Of a DNA stretch of 35,904 nucleotides, positions 17,410-26,913 are shown piece after piece. This stretch comes from a virus: the UHGV virus genome UHGV-0042151, one strand, 5' to 3'. Within the stretch, counting starts at the first letter, position 1. Every line of letters starts with the position of its first letter. The notes beneath the pieces were generated by a model, which was not told the origin of the DNA, made no database searches, and saw only the letters and a program-made list of their open reading frames with translations. The position numbers and the translations under genes were made by a program.

Positions 17410-18105
17410 ATGAATTTATTTGAGCGTTTGCTGTATCGCCGTCTTTGCAATGAGCAGCCAGCCGATGGCGGGGCAGCTCCGGCTGCGTCAGAACCGTCAG
17501 CGCATGCAGGTGATAACCCTGCTCCAGTTGGTGATCCATCACAACAGGAAGGTGATAAGCCACAACCTGTTGCTGATGGCGATAAACCTGCTGATGACAA
17601 AAAGCCTGAAAACGATAAGCAGGGTGAAAAAAAGGACGGCGATAAACCAGAGGGTGCGCCTGAGAAGTACGAGTTTCAGGCTGCCGAAGGCGTAGAGCTG
17701 GATACAGAAGCGTTGAAGGAATTCGAGCCGGTGGCGCGAGAACTTAACCTGACCAACGAGCAAGCGCAAAAGCTGGTTGATGCTTATCCGAAGATTCTGG
17801 CAGGTGTTCAGCAGCGCCAGGCAGAAGCCTGGCAGAAAACAACCGAGCAGTGGGCTGCGGATGTAAAAGCTGACAAAGAAATCGGTGGCGACAAGTTGAT
17901 TTCTAACCTTAGCGCCGCACAGCGTGCGCTTGACCAGTTCGGGACACCTGAGCTCAAAGAATATCTGAACACCACCGGGCTGGGTAATCACCCTGATCTG
18001 GTCAAAACGTTCGTGAAAATCGGAAAGGCGATGTCTGAAGATGGCATGGTCACCGGTGGTAATGAAGGCCAGCGTAGTGCGGCCGAAGTGCTCTATGGCA
18101 AATAA
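17410..18105 (+). CDS. scaffolding protein
   Basis: Acidic, low-complexity, helical 232-aa protein immediately upstream of capsid gene; GGAG SD then ATG 17410. Confidence 0.6.
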   Translation: MNLFERLLYRRLCNEQPADGGAAPAASEPSAHAGDNPAPVGDPSQQEGDKPQPVADGDKPADDKKPENDKQGEKKDGDKPEGAPEKYEFQAAEGVELDTEALKEFEPVARELNLTNEQAQKLVDAYPKILAGVQQRQAEAWQKTTEQWAADVKADKEIGGDKLISNLSAAQRALDQFGTPELKEYLNTTGLGNHPDLVKTFVKIGKAMSEDGMVTGGNEGQRSAAEVLYGK

Positions 18106-18119
18106 GAGAGGAAATGACA

Positions 18120-19106
18120 ATGGCTGTTAAAGGCTTAACTGCGCTAACGCTGGCTGACTGGGGTAAGCGCGTCGATCCAAACGGGAAAGTCGATAAGATT
18201 ATCGAGCTTCTCGGTCAAACTAACCCGATCCTTCAGGATATGCCTTTTGTCGAAGGGAACCTTCCTACCGGACACCGAACCACCATTCGTTCTGGTTTAC
18301 CTTCAGCTACCTGGCGTTTGCTGAACTATGGCGTACAACCAAGCAAATCAACAACGGTGCAGGTCACTGATTCCATTGGCATGCTGGAAACCTATGCTGA
18401 AGTCGATAAGTCTCTGGCTGATCTGAACGGTAATACTGCCGAATTCCGCCTGTCTGAAGACCGAGCATTTATTGAAGCGATGAATCAGGCGATGGCGCAG
18501 ACGCTGTTTTACGGTGATTCCAGCGTTAACCCTCAGCAGTTTATGGGACTGTCCTCCCGCTATTCCAGCCTGTCTGCGGGTAATGCTCAGAACATCATTG
18601 ATGCTGGTGGCACGGGTACAGATAACACTTCAATCTGGTTAGTGGTGTGGGGCGAAAACACCGTGCATGGCATCTTCCCGAAAGGGCAGAAGGCTGGCAT
18701 CCAGATGGAAGATAAAGGCCAGGTGACACTGGAAGATGCTAATGGCGGCAAGTACGAAGGTTATCGTACCCATTATAAGTGGGACAACGGGCTGACATTG
18801 CGTGACTGGCGCTATGTTGTTCGCATTGCAAACATCGATGTCAGCAATCTTGACGCTCCTTCTACTGCTGCGAATATCGCAAAACTGATGATTCGTGCCC
18901 TTCATCGAATCCCAAATCGTGGGATGGGACGTCCTGTTTTCTACATGAACAGAACCATTAACGAAGTGCTTGACCTGCAATCTCTGGAGAAGAGTTCTCT
19001 GGCGATCAGCGTGAAAGAGACAGAAGGCGAATGGTGGACAGAACTTCGTGGTGTGCCGATTCGCGAAACTGACGCACTTCTGGAAACAGAAGCCCGCGTG
19101 GTGTAA
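18120..19106 (+). CDS. major capsid protein
   Basis: 328 aa after scaffold; GAGGAA SD then ATG 18120; strong stem-loop just downstream. Confidence 0.65.
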   Translation: MAVKGLTALTLADWGKRVDPNGKVDKIIELLGQTNPILQDMPFVEGNLPTGHRTTIRSGLPSATWRLLNYGVQPSKSTTVQVTDSIGMLETYAEVDKSLADLNGNTAEFRLSEDRAFIEAMNQAMAQTLFYGDSSVNPQQFMGLSSRYSSLSAGNAQNIIDAGGTGTDNTSIWLVVWGENTVHGIFPKGQKAGIQMEDKGQVTLEDANGGKYEGYRTHYKWDNGLTLRDWRYVVRIANIDVSNLDAPSTAANIAKLMIRALHRIPNRGMGRPVFYMNRTINEVLDLQSLEKSSLAISVKETEGEWWTELRGVPIRETDALLETEARVV

Positions 19107-19123
19107 CGCCTGTTATTAACCTG

Positions 19124-19143
19124 TGGGCCGCAACAGGCCCACT
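19124..19143 (+). other. GC-rich stem-loop after capsid gene (mRNA stabiliser or partial terminator)
   Basis: GTGGGCC-gcaaca-GGCCCAC, 7-bp stem, no U-tract. Confidence 0.4.
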
Positions 19144-19157
19144 AATGGAGAAAGAAG

Positions 19158-19595
19158 ATGATCACCGACAAACTGTTGATGTTCTCCGAAGCTCAGGCGG
19201 TTACGAATACCGCGGCTTCTACTGACGTAATCGATCTCGGTCCAATTGATGGAAACCGTCGCGATATCGGCGTGGGTTATCCGCTTGAGTTTTGGGTGCT
19301 GGTTAACGAAGCCGCCACGGCAAGTGGTGAGGCAACTGTAAACATCCAGTTGCAGACGAGTGAGAATAACAGCTCATGGTCCACTATTTATGATAGTGGC
19401 GCACTGGCAAAGGCCACCCTGACAGCAGGTAAGCGAGTTGTTTCTGCAAAGGTGCCAGCCGGTGTTCAGCGATATCTGCGTGTTAACTACTCCGTCGCAA
19501 CTGGCCCACTAACGGCTGGCAAATTCACTGCGGGTATCAATCTTGATGTTGATGCCAATACGCCGTATCCGATCCGCTCAAAAGTAACTGGTTAA
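19158..19595 (+). CDS. virion structural protein (145 aa)
   Basis: GGAGAAAG SD; position after capsid. Confidence 0.45.
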   Translation: MITDKLLMFSEAQAVTNTAASTDVIDLGPIDGNRRDIGVGYPLEFWVLVNEAATASGEATVNIQLQTSENNSSWSTIYDSGALAKATLTAGKRVVSAKVPAGVQRYLRVNYSVATGPLTAGKFTAGINLDVDANTPYPIRSKVTG

Positions 19596-19605
19596 GGTGA
19601 TATTG

Positions 19606-19941
19606 ATGTCAGGTGAGAAACCAAGATACCGCGTTCTGCGCCTCTCTCATATCCATAACACTCTGTGGCCGGAGGGGGCAGAAATCGAATACGAAGGTGA
19701 GCCTGGTAGCGCACTGGAACCTGTTAACGATGCAGCCAGACAGGCAAAAGCAAAAGTTGCAGGAAAGGTGTCAATGGCAGCAACCAGCACCAAAATCATC
19801 AACGATGTGTCAGATGATGGTGAACTGGATAAGCTCCGTGAAGAGTACGAATTGCTCTTTAACGAGAAGCCACACCATAACGCCAAAGCCGAAACGCTCC
19901 GCGAGAAGATCGCAGATAAGCGTAAAGAACTGGGCGTGTAA
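19606..19941 (+). CDS. hypothetical structural-module protein (111 aa)
   Basis: AAGGTGA SD then ATG 19606. Confidence 0.45.
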   Translation: MSGEKPRYRVLRLSHIHNTLWPEGAEIEYEGEPGSALEPVNDAARQAKAKVAGKVSMAATSTKIINDVSDDGELDKLREEYELLFNEKPHHNAKAETLREKIADKRKELGV

Positions 19942-19959
19942 GCCTCGCGAATCAGACAA

Positions 19960-19979
19960 GGGGCTTCGGCTCCTTTATT
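19960..19979 (+). terminator. weak intrinsic terminator or attenuator inside structural operon
   Basis: GGGGC-UUCG-GCUCC hairpin (one G.U pair) followed by TTTATT. Confidence 0.35.
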
Positions 19980-19991
19980 GCAGGAGTGTAT

Positions 19992-20315
19992 ATGGAACTC
20001 GTAAACCTCAAAACCGGCACTGACAGCTACCAGGATGAGAGCGGAGAAACCAGAACTCGCGATGAATACCCGTGGGGGCTGTGCATCACTCTTAATAACG
20101 ACACATTGAATAAGCTGAAGGCACAACCTCAGGGCGTCGGAACAGAAGTGATGATAACTGCAAAGGCTGTTATTCGAGGCCTGTCTGCCAGAGAAACTGA
20201 CGATGGTGTTAATCGCAGCGCCGATCTGCAGATCACTGATATGGCGATCGCTCCTGTTTCCGGGGATGTAGAAAAATCAGCGGCTGAAACTCTGTACGGT
20301 AACGGAGGTGAGTGA
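19992..20315 (+). CDS. hypothetical structural-module protein (107 aa)
   Basis: CAGGAG SD then ATG 19992 (track start 19986 is GTG). Confidence 0.45.
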   Translation: MELVNLKTGTDSYQDESGETRTRDEYPWGLCITLNNDTLNKLKAQPQGVGTEVMITAKAVIRGLSARETDDGVNRSADLQITDMAIAPVSGDVEKSAAETLYGNGGE

Positions 20316-20920
20316 TGGCCTCTGTAGTAGAGATCTGTAATCGTGCGCTGTCCAATATTGGCAATAGCCGCAGCATTAACAGCCTGACGGAAGCCAGCAA
20401 GGAAGCGGGGGAATGTTCGCTGCACTTTGAGGCCTGCCGTGATGCTGTGCTTTCTGATTTTGACTGGAACTTTGCTACCAAACGCGTGGCGCTTGCAGAT
20501 ACGAGCAATCCACCGCCTGACTGGGAATATGCGTACCAGTACCCGTCCGATTGTCTGCGCATTACTGAAATTATGCTTCCTGGTGTACGCAATCCAACAG
20601 CAGCAATGCGCGTTCAGTACGAAGTAGGTGTAGACACCAACGGAACAGGAAAGTTGATCTACACAGACCAGCCTCAGGCATGGCTCAAGTATGTCTCTCG
20701 CGTTACAGATGTGAACATGTTTGATGCCATTTTTATGGAGGCGTTGGCCTGGCGTCTTGCGGCAGCTATTAACATGGCGCTGACTGGGAATGCAGACCTC
20801 GGTACGTTTGCCCTCAATATGTACAATCGCGTGATTCTTAGTGCTGGCTCGCATAGCCAGAATGAATCACAGGAACCACAGCCACCGGTTGACGAGTTTA
20901 CCATTGCGAGGTTGTCCTGA
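20315..20920 (+). CDS. tail tubular protein A-like (by size and synteny)
   Basis: 201 aa directly upstream of the 823-aa protein; T7 gp11/gp12-like arrangement. Confidence 0.45.
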   Translation: MASVVEICNRALSNIGNSRSINSLTEASKEAGECSLHFEACRDAVLSDFDWNFATKRVALADTSNPPPDWEYAYQYPSDCLRITEIMLPGVRNPTAAMRVQYEVGVDTNGTGKLIYTDQPQAWLKYVSRVTDVNMFDAIFMEALAWRLAAAINMALTGNADLGTFALNMYNRVILSAGSHSQNESQEPQPPVDEFTIARLS

Positions 20921-23391
20921 TGGCTATCAGTTGGATCCAGCCCAGCTTTGCCGGTGGTGAGATTGGACCGTCGTTGTACGGTCGTATCGACATGGCGAAG
21001 TACCAGGTGGCTTTGCGCAAGTGCGATAACTTTATCGTGCGGCAGTATGGCGGCGTTGAGAATCGACCTGGTACGCGTTTTGTCGGTGCCGCCAAATACC
21101 CAAATCGGAAATGCCGCCTGATCCCGTTCCAGTTCTCGACGGTTCAGACCTATGCTCTGGAGTTCGGACACCAGTACATGCGCGTTATCAAAGATGGTGC
21201 GTTGGTGCTGAACAGCAGCAATGTTATTTATGAAATTGCCACGCCATATACTGAAGCCGATCTGTTCCGAATTAAATTCACGCAAAGCGCAGACGTGCTT
21301 ACGCTGGTTCATCCGGCATACCCGCCGAAAGAGTTGCGCCGCTATGCGCATGACAACTGGCAACTGGTTGATGTGGTAACGAAGAACGGGCCATTTGAAG
21401 ATATCAATATTGACGAGTCAGTGACGGTTTATGCCAGCGCCAGCACCGGGACAATTACGTTAACGGCAAGCGCCTCTATTTTTGGCGCGGAGCAGGTAGG
21501 CAAATTGTTCTATCTGGAACAGCCTGCAGTGGATTCAGTGCCGGTATGGGAAACCAGTAAGAGTACGTCGATTGGCGATATTCGCCGTGCAGACAGTAAC
21601 TACTATCGCGCCGTTACAGCAGGCAAAACAGGCACTTTGCGCCCTTCGCATACAGAAGGCACATCATGGGATGGCTGGGGCGGATCCGGTGATGATGATA
21701 CTGGCATTGAGTGGGAGTATCTGCACAGTGGTTTTGGCATTGCCCGTATAACTGCTGTAAATGGCACTACTGCAACTGCTGAGGTGATTTCCTATATCCC
21801 TTCGCAGGTCGTTGGCGAGGATAATGCCAGCTATAAATGGGCTAAATATGCCTGGAACAGTGTTAATGGTTATCCTGGCACTGTTGTTTATTATCAACAA
21901 CGTCTTTACTTCGCCGCATCGACTGCGTTCCCTCAGACTATCTGGGCCAGCCGTACTGGGGATTATAAGGATTTTGGCAAAAGCAATCCTACGCAGGATG
22001 ACGACAGAATTATCTACACCTATGCCGGGCGTCAGGTTAATGAGATCCGCCACCTGATTGATGTCGGTTCGCTGGTGGCACTGACTTCCGGAGGTGAGTA
22101 CGTCATCACCGGCGACCAGAACAAAGTGTTAACCCCATCATCATTTGCATTCAGCTCTCAGGGATCAAATGGCTCAAGCAACGTCCCACCAATTGCCGTG
22201 GCGAATATTGCTCTGTTCGTCCAGGAGAAAGGCAGTGTTGTCCGTGATCTGGCCTACTCATTCGATGTTGACGGCTATCAGGGGAGCGACCTGACCATCC
22301 TTGCCAATCATCTTTTTCAGAAGCACAGCATTGTTGACTGGTGCTTCTCTATTGTCCCTTACTCCAGCGCCTTCTGCATTCGTGATGACGGTAAATTACT
22401 GGTGATGACCTATTTGCGTGATCAGCAGGTTTTTGCATGGGCACCACAATCCAGTACCGGAAAATATGAAAGCACATGCAGTATCAGCGAAGGAAATGAA
22501 GATGCGGTGTATTTCGTCGTTAACCGAACCGTTAACGGGCAAACAGTGAGATACATCGAGCGACTGTCCAGCCGTTTATTTACCAGCGATGAAGATGCTT
22601 TCTTTGTTGATTCTGGCCTTAGCTATGATGGAAGAAACACGTCTGACAGAACGATGACCATCACTGGTGGTTCTGGCGAATGGGATTACCGCGCGGAATA
22701 TACAATCAGTGTTTCTGGTGGTGCGTACTTCACCAGTAGTGATGTCGGTGCGCAACTACAGTTCCCTTATACCGGAACTGATCCTGATACTGGCGATGAA
22801 GTGTCAAAAGAATTACGTTGCGACATTATTTCTGTAACCAGCAACACCGCTGTAGTGGTTCGTGCTAACAGGAACGTCCCGCCATCCCTCAGGAATGTGG
22901 CCACCACGAACTGGCAGATGGCGCGCCGGGCATTTGGCGGCTTGTCTCATCTTGAAGGTCAGACCGTAAACATCCTCTCTGATGCGAACGTGGAACCACA
23001 GAAAGTAGTTTCCGGAGGTGCCGTCACGCTGGAATCACCGGGGGCTGTAGTGCACATCGGCCTGCCAATAACTGCTGAATTCGAAACACTGGATATCAAC
23101 ATTAACGGACAGGAAACGCTGCTGGACAAAAAACAGGTGATCCCATCCGTTACTCTGGTTGTGAATGCCAGCCGCGGCATCTGGGCGACTACGCCCGGCG
23201 GTAAATGGTACGAATATCCACAGCGTGAATTCGAGTTCTACGATGATCCTGTTGATGACGCTACCGGAAAAGTAGAAGTGAAACTGGACAGTAACTGGGG
23301 CAAAAACGGACGTGTAAGAATCCGTCAGCTTGACCCGTTGCCGCTGTCTGTTCTTGCCGTTATTCCTCGTCTTACTGTTGGGGGATTCTGA
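20920..23391 (+). CDS. tail tubular protein B-like large structural protein
   Basis: 823 aa; TGATG-coupled to upstream gene; synteny. Confidence 0.55.
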   Translation: MAISWIQPSFAGGEIGPSLYGRIDMAKYQVALRKCDNFIVRQYGGVENRPGTRFVGAAKYPNRKCRLIPFQFSTVQTYALEFGHQYMRVIKDGALVLNSSNVIYEIATPYTEADLFRIKFTQSADVLTLVHPAYPPKELRRYAHDNWQLVDVVTKNGPFEDINIDESVTVYASASTGTITLTASASIFGAEQVGKLFYLEQPAVDSVPVWETSKSTSIGDIRRADSNYYRAVTAGKTGTLRPSHTEGTSWDGWGGSGDDDTGIEWEYLHSGFGIARITAVNGTTATAEVISYIPSQVVGEDNASYKWAKYAWNSVNGYPGTVVYYQQRLYFAASTAFPQTIWASRTGDYKDFGKSNPTQDDDRIIYTYAGRQVNEIRHLIDVGSLVALTSGGEYVITGDQNKVLTPSSFAFSSQGSNGSSNVPPIAVANIALFVQEKGSVVRDLAYSFDVDGYQGSDLTILANHLFQKHSIVDWCFSIVPYSSAFCIRDDGKLLVMTYLRDQQVFAWAPQSSTGKYESTCSISEGNEDAVYFVVNRTVNGQTVRYIERLSSRLFTSDEDAFFVDSGLSYDGRNTSDRTMTITGGSGEWDYRAEYTISVSGGAYFTSSDVGAQLQFPYTGTDPDTGDEVSKELRCDIISVTSNTAVVVRANRNVPPSLRNVATTNWQMARRAFGGLSHLEGQTVNILSDANVEPQKVVSGGAVTLESPGAVVHIGLPITAEFETLDININGQETLLDKKQVIPSVTLVVNASRGIWATTPGGKWYEYPQREFEFYDDPVDDATGKVEVKLDSNWGKNGRVRIRQLDPLPLSVLAVIPRLTVGGF

Positions 23392-23855
23392 TGATCGATG
23401 TTCAAATTATTCCCGCCACCGAAGAGCATCTTCAGATGATTTTGCCGGATGTTCGTCAGGCTGATATTGACGAACTGTATGCGGTATCGCTGATGACTAC
23501 CGAAGATGCGCTGCGTGTTGGTCTTCGCACTGCGACTATGGCCTGGTCAGGATTTGCGAACGGAGAACTGGTAACCATGTTTGGCGTATCTCCGGCGTCA
23601 ATGATCGGTGGCAATGGTACGCCCTGGCTGGTAGGAACCAGCCGTATTGAAAAATATCAGAAGACATTTCTGCGCCACTGCCGCCCTGTATTGCAGCAGA
23701 TGCTGGCAGTTTATCCGCGCCTGGAAAACTACGTCGACGAGCGAAACCATGTTGCCAAAGCATGGCTGCACTGGCTTGGATTCAGGCTTGAAGAAGCCGC
23801 GCCTTATGGTGCTCTTGGTCTTAATTTCCACAGATTTCACATGGAGAGAAAATAA
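23391..23855 (+). CDS. internal virion protein A-like (154 aa)
   Basis: Synteny with T7 gp13 position; ATGA coupling. Confidence 0.45.
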   Translation: MIDVQIIPATEEHLQMILPDVRQADIDELYAVSLMTTEDALRVGLRTATMAWSGFANGELVTMFGVSPASMIGGNGTPWLVGTSRIEKYQKTFLRHCRPVLQQMLAVYPRLENYVDERNHVAKAWLHWLGFRLEEAAPYGALGLNFHRFHMERK

Positions 23856-24400
23856 TGTGCGATCCGGTTATTGCTGGTGGCGCAATGCTCGCCATGAGTG
23901 GCATTCAGGCATACACCCAGTACCAACAGGGAAAGTATGCCTCGAAGGTTGCAGAAGCGAACGCAGATATAGCCACAGCTCAGGCAAATGATGCAATAAA
24001 CAGAGGTAACGCTGAAGCTGAGCAACGGCGCAGAGAGACCCGACAGCGGCTTGGTACACAGGCGGCGACAATGGGGGCTACCGGCGCTGATTTATCTACA
24101 GGTAACGCGCTGGATATATTTGGCGACACTGCCCAGTTTGGCGCTCTTGATTCTCTGACGACGGTGAATAACGCGCAACGCGAGGCTTACGGTTATCAGG
24201 TTCAGGCTGCCAACTATAAAGCAGAAGCCAGTTCAGCCCGTAAACAGGGGAATGTGGGAGCAGCAACAACATTGCTCACTGCGCCTCTGAAGGCATACGG
24301 TGCGTACCAGATGTTTGGTGGGACGTGGAGTCCGTTTACTCAAAGCACCCCTGCGCCAATCGGAGCAGCAGCAGGAACCAGATTACCCGGAGGATTATAA
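23855..24400 (+). CDS. internal virion protein B-like (181 aa)
   Basis: N-terminus 'MCDPVIAGGAMLAMSGIQAYTQYQQG' resembles T7 gp14 N-terminus as recalled. Confidence 0.55.
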   Translation: MCDPVIAGGAMLAMSGIQAYTQYQQGKYASKVAEANADIATAQANDAINRGNAEAEQRRRETRQRLGTQAATMGATGADLSTGNALDIFGDTAQFGALDSLTTVNNAQREAYGYQVQAANYKAEASSARKQGNVGAATTLLTAPLKAYGAYQMFGGTWSPFTQSTPAPIGAAAGTRLPGGL

Positions 24401-26913
24401 TGCCAGTCGTACCAACAGTATCCGGACGTCAGGTTGAGAGCCGTGGAGTTCAGTCAGCAGGCTTGCAGACGTTTTCTCAGCCAGGTATTGGTGATGCTTT
24501 TGTTCGGGCAGGGGCAGAGGCAATTGATGTTTTGGGGCAGGCAAAACAGCGTGCCAATATTGCCTTGGCTCAGGAGGCATCTCTTAACCTCAGTCAGATA
24601 AGCAGTGATTTGCTGAATAATCCTGAAACAGGATTGCTTAACCTGAAAGGGAAAAATGCTATTGGAAAAGGCCATGAGTATACGCAGCAGTTTGATGCTC
24701 AGGTCGAACAATTGGCTATGTCGCTGCCGGATGAACAGGCTCGTAATGCTTTCATGCAGCAGGCGCAGCAGCAGCGCATTCAGTTCACTACGCAGGCCGG
24801 GCGGCACGAGATAGGGCAAATAAATGCCTACGAAGAAGGCCAGTTTCAGGCTACGCTGCTGAACAATGGTAAAAATGCCGCAGCATTGTATGGCGACAAC
24901 GCCGCATACGTATTGGCTAATAAGCAAACTTTCCAGCAAATTGAGGATTACGGCATTGCACATGGCTGGAGTGACGAGCAAATCCAGGCCAAGAAAATCG
25001 AGTTTAAAGAAGCAACAGCAAAAGCAACTGCTCAAAATGCTATTGGAGCAAACTATCTTCAGGTAAGATGGCAAAACGGCGAGTTAAGCGATACTGCTGC
25101 TGGATCTCGCCGTGCTGTAGCAGATAGTGGCTCTTCCGATCGTACCCGCGGTATACGCAACAATAACCCCGGCAATCTTGAATACAGCAAAACTAATCCG
25201 TGGGTTGGGCAGACTGGTGATGATGGTCGCTTTGCCAAATTCGAAACCCCTGAACACGGTATTCGTGCATTAGGGCGGAACCTGATGTCGTATCAGCGGC
25301 AGGGTATTGATACCGTCAGCGAGATAATTAATCGCTGGGCACCGCCTACTGATAAAAATGACACTATGTCGTATATCAAAGCAGTGTGCGAACAACTTGG
25401 CGTTTCTGCTGATGAGCCTCTCGATGCATCAAATCCTGATACCCTGAAGGCGCTTTGTGCAGCCATTATCCATCATGAAAACGGTAGCCAGCCATACAGT
25501 GATCAGCAGTTAACTGCAGGTGTTAGTGCTGCGCTGGGGCTTTCTCAGCTACCGACAAAAAATAAACGTTATACCGGTGTAGCCTGGTTCGATGCTTTAA
25601 GTGAATCAGATCAGGCCAGCGTGTTGCGACAGACTGATGCACTAGCCAGACAACAGCAGGCTGAATATAAAACGATGCTCGACAGCCGGGTTCGCGATGC
25701 GACGGCTGCGTATATGCGTGGCGTTGAATTTCCTAACCCACCTGGTGAGGATGATTTTATTGCAGCTTATGGAGTCAGAGAAGGAAACCTGCGATATACC
25801 GAGTTTAAGAATACGCAGATCGCCGGACAGTATATAGGCTCTTTCCGCAACATGCCGACAAGCAGCATTACAGCATATGTTGAGCAATTACGCCCGGATA
25901 CTGGTGATACAGGGGAGGGGTATGCGGCACGCGCAGCTCTTTATGACAACGTTGTTTCGGCTGCAAATCAGGTGATAAAGCAGCGGCAGTCGGATCCTGT
26001 GCAGTTCTCTCTTGCCTCCGGACAGGCAAAGCCTATCGACATGAGCAATAAGGATAACTTTGGACAGAGCGTTGCCTTGCGTGCCGCTCAGGTCAGTGAC
26101 CTTGCTAAGTCATATGGCACTCCACTGACGTTCTTTTCCAAAGACGAGGCCAATCAGATCGGTGTTTTCTTTCGTGATGCGCCAGTTTCCCAACAGGCAG
26201 CATATCTCGATACCATCAGGCAGAGCACTGGTGGTGGGCAGGTGTATATGTCAGCACTACAGCAGATCAGTGCCAACGCTCCATCTGCTGCCGTTGCCGG
26301 GATACTGATGGATAAGCCTGGTGGTATTTTGGCAGAAAAAAACTGGTTTAATCCTGATGTTTCCGTGTCTCCTGAAACCGCAGCGCAGACAATTCTTGCT
26401 GGTGCGGCGGCTCGTAAAGGTACTGATGACGCGAAAGGTATTCCGATGCCTAAAGATGCTGATCTCCGCATTGAGTTTTCTGACATGGTGAAGGATGCAT
26501 TTGCTGGTGATGCTCAGGGGGCATCAATGGCATACGAGATCGCAAAGGACTATTACGCTGGTGTGATGGCGAAAAAAGGCGTGGTATCAGGCGAAATTGA
26601 CAATGATATCTGGAAACAGGCTGTTAACGTAGCTACAGGTGGCGTGCATGACTATAACGGAATGGGGAATGTTCTTTTGCCGTGGGGAATGTCTGCAGAG
26701 CAATTCGATAAGCAGGTTAATCAGGCTTGGAATGAACAAGTTGTCGGCACAGGGATAAAAACACCGCTTGGTCAGTATGGTTTGCAAAGTTACGGCGATA
26801 GTCAGTACCTGGTGAAACTTGGTACTGGTTATCTGCTAAAAGATGATGGTTCTCCCGTTGTTCTTGATCTGACACAGAAGCGTCAGAGATTCTCCGGAGA
26901 TATTCCGCAATGA
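24400..26913 (+). CDS. internal virion (ejection) protein C-like, 837 aa, possible cell-wall-hydrolase region
   Basis: GGAGG SD then ATG 24400; segment 'GIRNNNPGNLEY...HHENG' looks enzyme-like, unverified. Confidence 0.55.
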   Translation: MPVVPTVSGRQVESRGVQSAGLQTFSQPGIGDAFVRAGAEAIDVLGQAKQRANIALAQEASLNLSQISSDLLNNPETGLLNLKGKNAIGKGHEYTQQFDAQVEQLAMSLPDEQARNAFMQQAQQQRIQFTTQAGRHEIGQINAYEEGQFQATLLNNGKNAAALYGDNAAYVLANKQTFQQIEDYGIAHGWSDEQIQAKKIEFKEATAKATAQNAIGANYLQVRWQNGELSDTAAGSRRAVADSGSSDRTRGIRNNNPGNLEYSKTNPWVGQTGDDGRFAKFETPEHGIRALGRNLMSYQRQGIDTVSEIINRWAPPTDKNDTMSYIKAVCEQLGVSADEPLDASNPDTLKALCAAIIHHENGSQPYSDQQLTAGVSAALGLSQLPTKNKRYTGVAWFDALSESDQASVLRQTDALARQQQAEYKTMLDSRVRDATAAYMRGVEFPNPPGEDDFIAAYGVREGNLRYTEFKNTQIAGQYIGSFRNMPTSSITAYVEQLRPDTGDTGEGYAARAALYDNVVSAANQVIKQRQSDPVQFSLASGQAKPIDMSNKDNFGQSVALRAAQVSDLAKSYGTPLTFFSKDEANQIGVFFRDAPVSQQAAYLDTIRQSTGGGQVYMSALQQISANAPSAAVAGILMDKPGGILAEKNWFNPDVSVSPETAAQTILAGAAARKGTDDAKGIPMPKDADLRIEFSDMVKDAFAGDAQGASMAYEIAKDYYAGVMAKKGVVSGEIDNDIWKQAVNVATGGVHDYNGMGNVLLPWGMSAEQFDKQVNQAWNEQVVGTGIKTPLGQYGLQSYGDSQYLVKLGTGYLLKDDGSPVVLDLTQKRQRFSGDIPQ

